Origin: Rotaria sp.
Taxonomy: Eukaryota
Length of the DNA: 31,780 bases
Direction: 5' to 3'
Assembly (NCBI GenBank): GCA_905250055.1
Contig: CAJNOF010000018.1
Location: 1,159,575-1,191,354 of the forward strand
Of this stretch, positions 11,877-22,377 are shown piece after piece. The notes under the pieces were generated by a model. It saw only the letters and a list, made by a program, of their open reading frames with translations. It searched no databases and had not been told where the DNA came from. Each line of letters begins with the position of its first letter. The stretch's first letter is position 1. A program made the position numbers and the translations under genes.

Positions 11877-12089
11877 GGCTACCTTCGTACCTTCACGCAT
11901 AATGGCATAATGCTTCACAGTTGATAACAATAGTCTCATTGATGGGCATTCTGAGAATTATTTGTTAAATAAATTCGTGTGTGATGAGTGGAACTAGTCT
12001 TGGTTTCAGTTGTTTTTTCATGTGAATACCATCAAAGAGTAGGAAAGTGAAATTTAGATCGGTATAAGGCGGTTTCGACTGATGAGACC

Positions 12090-12165
12090 AGTTTAGACCG
12101 GCCGATCTAAAAATCCAGACCGGTACCGAACCGGATAGGACCGGCCGGTTACCGGTACCGGTTCT
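12090..12165. repeat. GC-rich ACCGG/CCGGT palindromic hairpin, related in motif to the element at 215-540.
   Basis: GGTACCGAACCGGATAGGACCGGCCGGTTACCGGTACCGGTTC is self-complementary. Track ORF 11965-12405(-) runs through it and reads TRGRTGTGNRPVLSGSVP, which is low-complexity and probably not coding. Confidence 0.5.
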
Positions 12166-14801
12166 ACCTCTGGTGTCACCTTCTATGCAGTACTTTTTTG
12201 TTCCTTTTGTAGCTTGACTAGATGATAGCCTTTTGCATAGAGGCTTATAATACATACTTGTTTCAGCTTGCTCGAATGAAAAACGTTTTAAGAAATATGA
12301 TTCAGTTACATTATGGAAAATAGAAACCATTATTGAATAGATGGTAGCACTATCTATCATAGCAGATATTTCGCTCATAACTTGGAAACTGTGCAACAAT
12401 GGCACGAACCCTGTAAGGCATTTGACCTATATAATGGGTCCCACATACCAACCAAAGATGAACCCAAACGATGTGAATCACTTGGAAATGTTCCTCGTTA
12501 GACTATGAAAGAATACAATGAGAAGCAATAAATCACTAAACCATATACATATGAAAAGAAGAGATAAAGAATAGAGCTATTAAGAATCTTATAAGTTCTA
12601 TTTAATGAATGAGTGAGTGACAGATATATCCAGAATGAATAATTTTTCTGTTCTCTCTTACACCATTCACTGAGTTTCTCTTTCAACTATAGGAACACAA
12701 ATGTATTTTGATCGAATGGTTATTTAACTTGTTGTAATAAAAGAACTCGGACATTTCAATAACTAATTACATCTTTCTGCGTAGTTTATTGACAATCAAA
12801 CAGCTCGAATCTTGTCGTCATTCCTTTCTTATTTTCATGAAATGAATCATATTTTATATTTTTCTTAACAAACTAAACTCATGACATTGCCTCTATCATA
12901 ATATACTCTGTCATCAATTTAGTGATGCATTAAATAATTGACAATAACAAATTCAGTCCAACATGAAAGCTCACAAATGCTTATATTATCAAGAAATTTC
13001 TATTTACTTTCAAAATATTTTCCAAGTCGCTGTATGTTATAAATGAACGCGAAAACTATTAACTATTTGCTGTTGCGCATAAATGCAAGATAATATTACA
13101 TGTATAAAAATAAATTTTTTTTTAAATATCTTTTTAAACAAAACATATGAGACTATAGATGACTGTTTTTCTTGTAAATAATGGATGACTTATAATCCAT
13201 GACAGGACTTTGAATTTTATTTTTTCATCGTCTAATACATTTCATTAAAAAACAATATATATCCACAAGATGTAGCGTACAAAGTTCTCGACCGTACGAA
13301 AACTGATTACAAGGAATTTTAATTTTTTTTGAAAACAATTACAATAAGTTTTGCTGTATATTTTGAAATTATTTTTACTGCATCAACCCGATAAAACAAA
13401 TATGAAAATAATAGATTATTTTTAATGGTTTTTACCATTTTTATCAGAATGTATAAAACATATTTTCAGTATGTTTCAAGAGATTTTATTGAATTTAAAT
13501 TTTATTTACTTATTCAATGATTATGAATAACAAAAAATATTTTCCTTGTAATTGTGTTAATTGTGAAAAGTTAGTATTTAAATGAAGTTTTTGTCAAGAT
13601 TTTTCATTTTACTTGTTAATTGAATTCCTTTTTTTTTTGTTGTTTCGTATATTTAAGCTTATATTTCTTATATTTGAATAAAAACTTATCTAATTCATTC
13701 ATTGATTTTATGATGAAATTTCTCTAATACAAGTTTAGTTTTTTCTTTAATTTAGGTTATATTTTTTCACAAAAGTATACTTGAAATCATGCGTTTGTCT
13801 TTGATATAAGATAAAGAAGAAAAAATGTTATTTTGACATCATATTTCAATATTTTTTATTTTGTTGAAACTTTTATTTTGCTATTTTGATTTAAATTTAA
13901 ATCAAATAATTCTATTCAATTTTTTGTTTCCATATTCATACGTATTGGTGTGAACGGAGCCGACGGATTCTGATGAACTGCAAATCCTTGATGTAAGGCT
14001 TGTGAAGGCGAAACCTCAGTGAGCATGTTCGATAACATGTGCCTAATATCCTCGCTTTTACCAGACCTCTAAAATTCAAGTGTAAAATATTCTCAAATCG
14101 ATCTAAATCGATCATGATAGCTTTACATCGAACATATTTTTACTTAATATTAAACTAAGTATTTTATGACATGATTGTGCAACAATTTCAGAATAGTATT
14201 CTTGTATATGGGATCCCGAAGTAAGTACGTATATTTGAATTTGAGATAACTACTTAAATAGAACCTCAACATAAACTTCTCATCCTTTTGAATACTAAAA
14301 TTTGCATTCAAATATAGAATATGTTAATAAGTGTGATATTGTGTTGTTCTGTTTATTGTTCGAATCTCAAAACTGTACAGCAAATTCAATTGTCTCATCA
14401 AATGTTTATTCTAATTTAGTATAAGTCACTCTTCTTTTCGGTCTTCAGATTCTACTATGAATGCAAGTGAAGATATAGTGAACAGACAGAGATGGCAATG
14501 CGACTGAAGTGGACATCTTCACCAAACATCTTCAATCTCAATTCTAAAGCAACACAAATGCCTTGTCTCCTTTAGTTCTTGTGCTTATGTTAGATGGTAT
14601 GTGTCAATGTCACTTATTTGCTTTAATAGCATGCACAAAAAAGCTTTTGATTGTAAAAAAACAGTAGAATAAAGAGAAGACCATTGACGATGATATTTAT
14701 GTTACATATCAAACTTAACGAAATTTTTCATTATCAAGAAAATGTAAATTAATTATCCAACTAATAAATACAATGAAGTGAAAAACTTTTTTCTTAGATA
14801 T

Positions 14802-15147
14802 TTAATGTTTTTCAACGAAATTAATAAGAGAATTAGCAATCTTTCCATGACACAGTATGGAATTCTTTTGTATTAATCTTGCACATAAACACTTCAAGCT
14901 AAGTTTTGTTTTAGTTCTAATAAATTGCTTAATATTTGAATTTGTTGCAATATCAATAGGTGTCTCTCGTAAAGCATTGACATAATCAGCATGAGAACCA
15001 GCATCAAATAGATATTGAATTATAGTATTATCAACTATAGTTGATTGGGAAACAAATATATGAAGAGGTGTGTTTTGAACAGCATCCCTGGCATTCACAT
15101 CAGCACCACATTGTATAAGTAAATGAACTGTATGTAAAGATGGATAT
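14802..15147 (-). CDS. fem-1: fem-1 homolog, exon 3 (final exon). It encodes the C-terminal ankyrin repeats and tail.
   Basis: Acceptor TTATAG|A at 15148. The translation ...YPSLHTVHLLIQCGADVNARDAVQNTPLHIFV...LKCLCARLIQ...INFVEKH* aligns without gaps to the FEM1B C-terminus ([21 protein letters not shown]...LKCLAARAV...EEFVGFH). The stop codon is at 14799-14801. Confidence 0.85.
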
Positions 15148-15201
15148 CTATAACAATCGATAATCTTTCACAAATAAGTATTTTAAGAAAAAAAAACATA
15201 C

Positions 15202-15371
15202 TTGCAAATGAAGTCGATGAAATAGTCATTTGCAGATGTATGATTACTTAAACTTAAATGTAATAGAGAAGATCGATAGGTTTGGGTAACATATTGACGT
15301 TGAATAATGCTGTGAATATGTCGATAAAATAGTTTACGGTCATCATATGAAATCATTGATTTTGATAGCAT
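15202..15371 (-). CDS. fem-1: fem-1 homolog, exon 2.
   Basis: Acceptor TTGTTTAG at 15372-15379 (minus sense). Donor AA|GTATGT at 15201. Intron 2 is 54 nt (15148-15201). The translation ...LLHLSLSNHTSANDYFIDFICK matches FEM1 [23 protein letters not shown]. Confidence 0.8.
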
Positions 15372-15434
15372 CTAAACAAGAAAATCTCGATTGAAAAAAA
15401 AGAACAGCAAAATTTCAGCTAGATATCTCAATAC

Positions 15435-16796
15435 CTGACTAACGATTGTTATTAAGAAAAGTAAAGTATGTAGATTATAATCAAAATCTTTCGTATGATG
15501 TTCTAATTCTTCAATTACTACTGTTATTATTGTCTGCCATGATACAATCGGTATCGATAATGAATTACGTAACATGTCACTAAACATTGAAGCCCACTGA
15601 CGCAAATCTTCCATGTCAATAGATAATGAGTACTGTCGACGTAAATTAAGTTCATACAACCAAAACTCAATTCCTCGATAATGCTCTGCATTATCAGCTA
15701 GAGCGGCACCATGATATTGAAGAGAACGACGATATTTTGTATTAGTTGAACCAAGCAAACGTTCACGTACAAGTAATGCTTCAATGTACATATGATTATC
15801 ATTTAATTGAAGTTTTTTTAATTCATCGATTGTTTGACATTCTTGTCGATTATCAAATACTTCAACAGTTGATAACCGTAGAACTTTAGGAAGATTATGT
15901 TGAAATCGAAGTTCAAGTGCTCGATAGAAGTATTCAAACGATTGTTCAAGATTATAGCTTCCATGTTCACCACAGGCAAAAGCACTTCCAAGTAATTCAT
16001 GCGCTTCGATTTTTTCAAGCAATGAACATTGTGGAGAAATAGCATCGACAAGATCAATTCGTCTCTTTTCAGCTGCTAATAATAGTGGAGACATTTGATC
16101 ATGATTTGATCGAAAATTTCGAGCACCATGATTTAGTAAAAATTGAACTAATTCAAATGAACCACGATCTACAGCAAAGTAAAGTGGTGAACAACCATTA
16201 TCCATTGATTCATTTACATCACAACCTAATTCATCAACAAGATAAGTTACCATTTTTAAATCTTCATTGTAAACAGTTAATATAAGATTTGTTTCATTAT
16301 GTATTTTGGCAATATGTATATTAGCACCGTTCTTATTCAAATAACGAGCAATATTCATATTACCATTGGAACAAGCACAACGAAATGCTGTTGAATTTGT
16401 TTTAGTTGTATGATTAATTTTAGCTCCATGTTCGATAAGTAATTTCACAATATTAACATTGTCAATGGCAACTGCTGCCCATAAAACAGTTACATTTTCA
16501 TACATTAATAAACTTTCATCTCTTTCTTCGAGTTGTATATCATTTAGCACTTCGAGATCAACTCCAGAATAATTAAGCAATATTTGTACTATGTCTTCGA
16601 ACTCATTTAAACAAGCAATCATAAGTAAAGTACATTTTTGTTTGTTCGATTCATCATATGTTCGATTTAAATAGATCTCAGGATTGTTCATTGTCGACAA
16701 ATGATTTTGGAATGTTTTAACATCTCCTTGACGAACAGCAGATAATAGTAAGTTACTTACGTCCTCCTTGAAGTCATCGTTGTATTTCATCGTCAT
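15435..16796 (-). CDS. fem-1: fem-1 homolog, exon 1 (454 codons; ankyrin repeats). The full gene encodes about 626 aa.
   Basis: ATG at 16796. The translation matches FEM1B throughout, for example LWAAVAIDNVNIVKLLIEHGAKINHTTKTNSTAFRCACSNGNMNIARYL vs [49 protein letters not shown], and IEAHELLGSAFA vs IEALELLGASFA. Donor CAG|GTATTG at 15434. Intron 1 is 63 nt. Confidence 0.9.
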
Positions 16797-18738
16797 TGCA
16801 AATGCATAGAAATGAAAAAAAATAATGTTTTACCTTGCATTTCTATTCACACGTGCAAGTTGTATTTCTTGGATATTTCTTCCGCTCTTCTGTTTTCTTG
16901 TGTTAGTTAAGATGAATCATAGTATGCATAGAAGGTAAAAAATATTTTGACTAAACAGAACAATAAAAATACACTTATGTTCAGCTGTTCTTTTTCTAAA
17001 ATATTTGATTGTCAAATAGTGATAAGTCTTCATGAGTTTTTATCTAATGTTTGATTAAAATAACCCAGTGTGTAAAATGATTGATAATTCTTCTTATTAT
17101 CTTAGAAAATTGTATGATATTTGAATTCATTCCATACAATCAATACTGTAAGGAGAGAAGCAGTTAGGTTTACAAATCCTTTACAATTATTAATAATAAT
17201 TTACTATTTTTAATAATTCATCATTCTATATTCAAAATCACAAGCTAATTATGAGTTTTAATTTTAGTTGTAAAATAAATGAAGAGTTAAGAACTTTATA
17301 TCAACTTGAAAATGATTGACAAAAAAATTCAAGTTGGCGTTTCATTATAGAAATAGTCAAATATAAGTTTTAACACGACTATAATTTTAGTAAGAAACAG
17401 AAACCATCGTAGAAATTTCGTGAATAGATTTAGAGTGAGAGAGATGACCGAATGAAACACGGGACATCATCAGAGTTCTATTGAACCTCTACTTGAATTA
17501 TAAATATTAATTCACTCAAACTCTATTTTTGATTATGGATATGAATTGCTAATGGTTCGGTTTTATCATTTTTATTTATATTCGAACTCAAATTAGACTA
17601 CTACTCAAAACATCGTACCATGCAGCTAATTTACTTCTTGATAAAAATTTATTATCATTGTTTGCGTTACCTTATTTAGTGTTTTCATTAAATATATGTT
17701 TGTGCAGTGAAGATTTACTTGTTCATACTACAGTAGTTAATTTTTGTAAATTTGAAAGAAATACATGCCACTTGTTCTGGATTTTGTTGGTTCATTAGTA
17801 TTCTTGCATGTGCGCCTAGAAAATGCAAGTAAAGAATGATCCCATATTTCCACTACACAGTGGAATTAAGTGTTCAGTTGATCGCATGTCTTAGAACAGT
17901 AATACCCGTCGTGACAATATCAAGAATATCTCATTAAAATATTTTTGTAGTAAAATTCACTAACGTTTAATTATAATTCATCAAAATATTAATAATCAGG
18001 CATTGAAACGATTTATCAACATCTGACAATATTAAAATCTTTAAATGCTAAAAGCTATGAAAAAATAAATGTGTGCAGATTTCAGATATAATAGATACTA
18101 TTTAATGGCTATTATCATAAGACTTTATTAGTATAATTAAAATCGCAACTATACTATATTTTTTTCGTTCCTTATATACTATTTCCTAGCATAGAGAGAC
18201 CTTGAAAAATACAGTAAACGTAATAACAGAAAAATACGGGGTGTGCAAGGACAAATTCAGAGAAGAACAAAGGTTAAGTTACAATTATAGATAGCGCTAC
18301 GTACGAAGGAAGGACAAACTAATAATGCCATTCCAATGTACATATAGGAGAAAAATGAGATGAAAGCACATAGAAGTATTGATAGATAATAGACAAAAAA
18401 GGCATCGTGGTCATTTCAATCGAGGATAAGGAACAACTTCTTGTACGTTAGATTAGATTGTTATAAAGTGATCTAATGTCAAAAAAAGACAATTAGTAAA
18501 CACAAAAGTTATCTAGCTTTTTTCATACTTGAAAAACAATTGTCTTCTCTCATACAAGGTGACATTCGTGTTCTCAAGATAAGTTTTTTTTTCGTTCTTT
18601 TATCATACTGTTAAGATAAAAACGACAGTAGGAAGACAAACACAATAAACTATTAGATCTTTAGAAAAAGTACAAAAAAGCCAGTATCAGTCTATTTCAT
18701 TCATCAGAATTTAAAAAGATATTCACATAGTTATCAAC

Positions 18739-19725
18739 ATGGTAGACTTTCTACTAGTCAATATCGTTTGGCTTCTTCATTTTGTCATATGTTTCTACAT
18801 TATCCGTCCTATTCGTCACATTCTAATTCGAGCCATTTTGACTTGCGTACCATGTATATTACTGACTGATATTTGCACACGTAATCTTCCTCCACATCAT
18901 ATTTTTTCTGTCTTTACCATTGCAATATATTGGATGGTATCGATTCGTCTCTTTCATTTAGTCGTTCTTACACCTGACACGTTTCCAACATTTTCTTCCT
19001 TTACTGCAAAATGTCTATGGATTCTCTTACCAGTTATACCTTGTCAATCGAAAGAGAAGCAATGGCCTATCATCTTTTATTTGATTTTTGGTGTAGTAAA
19101 ATTTATACTTAATCGTTGGTTACATAGATGGTTACTGATATGTGAATCAAATGATAGTTATATGAGAGTATTTATTTATTTCTTATCAATATTAACATTT
19201 TCATATGTAGTCGATATTGAGACGGTTCTTGTGCGAATAATCACTCGAGATAAATATACACTTCAATCACTTAACAATTTTCCATTCTTCTCTCAATCAT
19301 TACGTGAATTTTGGGGTCGACGATACAATCGGATCATCAGTACAATTTTCAATGAATCAATTTTTCGGCCTCTCAGTTTATTTATACCTTCTCGATCAAT
19401 CGTATCTTTATTAATATTCATTATCAGTGGTCTTTTTCATGTACATATTGTCTTTATTGTTTTCAATGAGCCTTCATCGGCTTTGCCTACATTTGCCTGT
19501 TTCTTTCTGAATGGTATTGCTTGTTGCATAGAAGCACATCTTGCAATTAAGTTACCACCATTACTTGGATGGTTGGTAACACATAGTGTCCTTTTTGTAA
19601 CAGCACCAATGTGTCTTGGAACGTTTGCACGAGACAAATCTGTATTTTTTGGTCTAGATGGTCTTTCAACGTATGGTGATCAATGGATTTCAAAATTGCC
19701 TATGCCCAAGAGTTGTCCGAAATAA
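18739..19725 (+). CDS. Intronless multi-pass membrane protein (328 aa) with MBOAT_2 / wax-synthase-like acyltransferase motifs.
   Basis: Uninterrupted ORF with many hydrophobic segments. It contains SLREFWGRRYN (compare the wax-synthase / MBOAT_2 motif S..FWGRRWN) followed about 45 aa later by IISGLFHVH (compare the conserved vSGllHE histidine motif). Confidence 0.55.
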   Translation: MVDFLLVNIVWLLHFVICFYIIRPIRHILIRAILTCVPCILLTDICTRNLPPHHIFSVFTIAIYWMVSIRLFHLVVLTPDTFPTFSSFTAKCLWILLPVIPCQSKEKQWPIIFYLIFGVVKFILNRWLHRWLLICESNDSYMRVFIYFLSILTFSYVVDIETVLVRIITRDKYTLQSLNNFPFFSQSLREFWGRRYNRIISTIFNESIFRPLSLFIPSRSIVSLLIFIISGLFHVHIVFIVFNEPSSALPTFACFFLNGIACCIEAHLAIKLPPLLGWLVTHSVLFVTAPMCLGTFARDKSVFFGLDGLSTYGDQWISKLPMPKSCPK

Positions 19726-20996
19726 ACAACAACAAGAAAAATGTCAAAACTGTACTGATATGTTTTATGATGATCAGTATTGAATAAATAAAAGAAAAGC
19801 ATTTTTTTACAATTTTGTAGTGAACTAAAACTCGTAAACGAAGATTGTTAAAAGTCGACGTCAAAATGGACGTAATTGATTTTAATTGTATTCGCACGCT
19901 ATAGCTCGAATAATCATGCTTCACAGAGATGATAGCAAAGAATTTTTTTTGCCTATATGTAGTAACAAAATGAATAGGTGGTGTCAATAGGCAACAAATG
20001 GCCCTGAAGTATCAGAGTCTATTGAGCTCGATCAGTTCCTATTTCAATCCGACAACTCTGACTGATTAATCGAATAAAACATTCGAACCAACTGATCTGC
20101 AATAGATACACTCGGATTAATTCAGAAGCAATTGTGGTAAAAGACATTCATATAAAAATAATGTAACTTTGATGATCTACATTCATTACGGTGTCTTGAG
20201 ATCAGACAAACAAACTATTTTTGCACTACAATCGAGGCAATCAATCGTGCGCATGATTTTTTTTTCGGCAGTTTTTTTTACTGATTCGCTCGACTTTTAT
20301 TATGAGCCAATGTATCAAGAGGTAGCTCATAATTGATAAGAAGAACGAAAATAAAGCTTAATGTAGTACTCGGCAATATTGAAAATCTAATTACAAGTCA
20401 ACGTAGAATATTATTTATTTTCTTGATTCATTCTCAATCAATTTAATAAGGACTCTGGAGAGAGAACTAAACAATACAAAGACTATTAGGTACAACAATG
20501 TCATTCATGCAAGAATATTTTAGTCGGTTCTCTTATTCATCTTCTTCTCAAACATTTCTTGCCTGGTCATGGTATTCATTTCGGCTTGTATATAGTTCAG
20601 AAGAATGACGTTCAGATGATAGATAATTTACAATACAAAACAGTACAAAGACTCTATTCAGTATCAGCACAGTTTTTCCTTTGCATCTTCCATTAACACA
20701 TAATAAAAGTTGAAAAAAAAATAATAAATCACAAAAATAAAACTGTATTTCATATGCGTGTCTAATAATATTTCTATTAGAACATAACTGAGTTTTTTTT
20801 ATTACTCAATGTCCACTAAATTTTCCGGTTTTTTACATGCAATATATACAATATCCTGGCATGCTTGGTACTTGAACCAGCCAAATAAAAAAAGCTAAGA
20901 TATTAGATAAAAATACAGAAAAATTTTGATCATTTTTCAACAAAAACACCATTGATATAAAAGTATCATATATGAAATGTCATGATACATACGTAT

Positions 20997-21500
20997 CTAC
21001 CAATGACAAAAATACTATAAGTTGTATTTTTGATATAAAATATAGGATTTGTAAATGAAATAATGTTATGAAGATAGATATAAATAGCACATAAAAGTTG
21101 ACAACGAAAGGACAATATGTTTATATATTGTTTGTATTTTTCTCAATACATATCACATTCTCCAGTTAAGAATATTTTTTTGAAGTATGCAATTAATCAA
21201 ATTATAATCGTGATGTTTACACTATTGAGCTAATATGAAACATTATCAAATGGAAAATTAAAATAAAGAACTTGAAATCACATGTTAAACTAGAGAATAC
21301 GATCCGATGAAGTATACAATGTTCTATCAACACTTTGTATCTTCATCTTAAGCTTTTTACTACACTAGAAGAGTCTATTCTGGTACTATTCATATAAGTG
21401 ATTTCATTTATAAACTATAGTTTTAATATCAAAAATATAATTTGCAACACTCTTTTGTCCCTGGTAGTATAGTCAGACATTTTGTAATAAACTTGTTTTA
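20997..21500. repeat. Second copy of the downstream flank segment, A' and C' direct and B' inverted, adjacent to the inverted gene arm.
   Basis: See the 9143-9700 entry. The reverse complement of 21311-21349 (CAATGTTCTATCAACACTTTGTATCTTCATCTTAAGCTT) matches 9236-9275 (AAGCTTACAATGAAGATACAAAATGTTGATGGAACATTG). Confidence 0.6.
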
Positions 21501-21842
21501 CTACTAGGAACTATATCTCAGTGGAGAAGTACATTACAAATACACAGCAATATAATCTTAGTGATTTGAAATTTTGTCAAATTGAACAACTTTTTACAAC
21601 ATAACTTCCGAATATAATATACTTTATCTAACGGATGCAATATAAAGAAGTGTTCATTCTTTTTTTTTCTTTATACCACTCTTCATAATATTATAAAGGT
21701 CACAGAAAGAGGATACTTCTGTTTTGTGAAATGAAACACATAGTAAAAATAATTGAAGCAAGGCTATTAGTTATGCAAAAAACAAAAAAAAAGAATTTCA
21801 AAGTTTATTTGTAGGCAAAGTAAATATTAGTCTTTGTAATTA

Positions 21843-22301
21843 TTAATAGACGGCTGGAACACATTTTCGGCAAATTCCACAACATTTTTCATAAGGTTTG
21901 CATGATGCATCTGTTTGACATCGATGACAGAATGGACTAGGACGTGGAAAGATAATAGTTCGGTATTCTACTGTTGGACAACAACCTCGATGTTCCCTTG
22001 GACAACAATAAGCTATGCCGTATTGATTAAATTTACATGTACCACCTAATGCTTCACATCTTCTTTGTCCTTGTCCACAAGTAACACCTATAATTGGTGA
22101 GCCATATGTGCATGGATTACATTTGGTTGATGATGGAAATTGTAAACAGTACTTAATTGGATCAAAGATAATTGGAGGAACCGTTCGAATTGGTATTAGT
22201 ACAGTACGTGATTTGTCAATGTCAACAGAATCACCTGGAATTGCATGTAAGCCAACAATAGCCAAAGTTGTTAATAATAAGCGTAAGATTAACTTGTTCA
22301 T
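21843..22301 (-). CDS. Secreted cysteine-rich protein paralog (152 aa, single exon) with signal peptide and WAP-like four-disulfide-core motif.
   Basis: MNKLILRLLLTTLAIVGLHA signal peptide. The Cys framework is conserved with the 8207-8671 product (CGQGQRRCEALGGTCKFNQYGIAYCCPREHRGCCP...CQTDASCKPYEKCCGICRKC). I estimate about 65% amino-acid identity. Confidence 0.75.
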   Translation of the reverse strand: MNKLILRLLLTTLAIVGLHAIPGDSVDIDKSRTVLIPIRTVPPIIFDPIKYCLQFPSSTKCNPCTYGSPIIGVTCGQGQRRCEALGGTCKFNQYGIAYCCPREHRGCCPTVEYRTIIFPRPSPFCHRCQTDASCKPYEKCCGICRKCVPAVY

Positions 22302-22368
22302 GATCCTTTGATAATATCAAACTCGAATAATCTTATATAAAACATAATTTGTTTTGTAAATTAATGAG

Positions 22369-22377
22369 ATTTATATA
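22369..22377 (-). promoter_or_regulatory. Conserved TATA box (TATATAAAT on the minus strand) about 70 bp upstream of the copy-2 ATG.
   Basis: Minus-strand read GATATTATATAAATCTCATTAATTTAC. The position matches that of the copy-1 TATA. Confidence 0.4.

Noticed and set aside
11965-12405. Track ORF of 146 aa on the minus strand
   Set aside because: It spans the ACCGG/CCGGT GC-rich palindrome and the right TSD of the TIR element. The TRGRTGTGNRPV-type sequence is repeat-driven and not protein-like.
14340-14360. GTTCGAATCTC, which resembles a tRNA T-arm
   Set aside because: The surrounding 70 nt are AT-rich and cannot form acceptor or anticodon stems.
15818-16285. ORFs 15818-16057(-) and 16085-16285(+) inside fem-1 exon 1
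   Set aside because: They are alternative-frame or antisense ORFs within a confidently identified coding exon.
19437-19987. ORFs 19437-19637(-) and 19700-19987(-)
   Set aside because: The first is antisense to the acyltransferase CDS. The second is AT-rich 3' flank with a low-complexity translation.
20220-20345. Local inverted repeat TATTATGAGCCAATGTATCAAGAGGTAGCTCATAAT and the poly-T flanked region 20240-20290
   Set aside because: It is only a short hairpin of about 10 bp stems. No longer partner or family signal was visible by eye, so it is not reported as an element.
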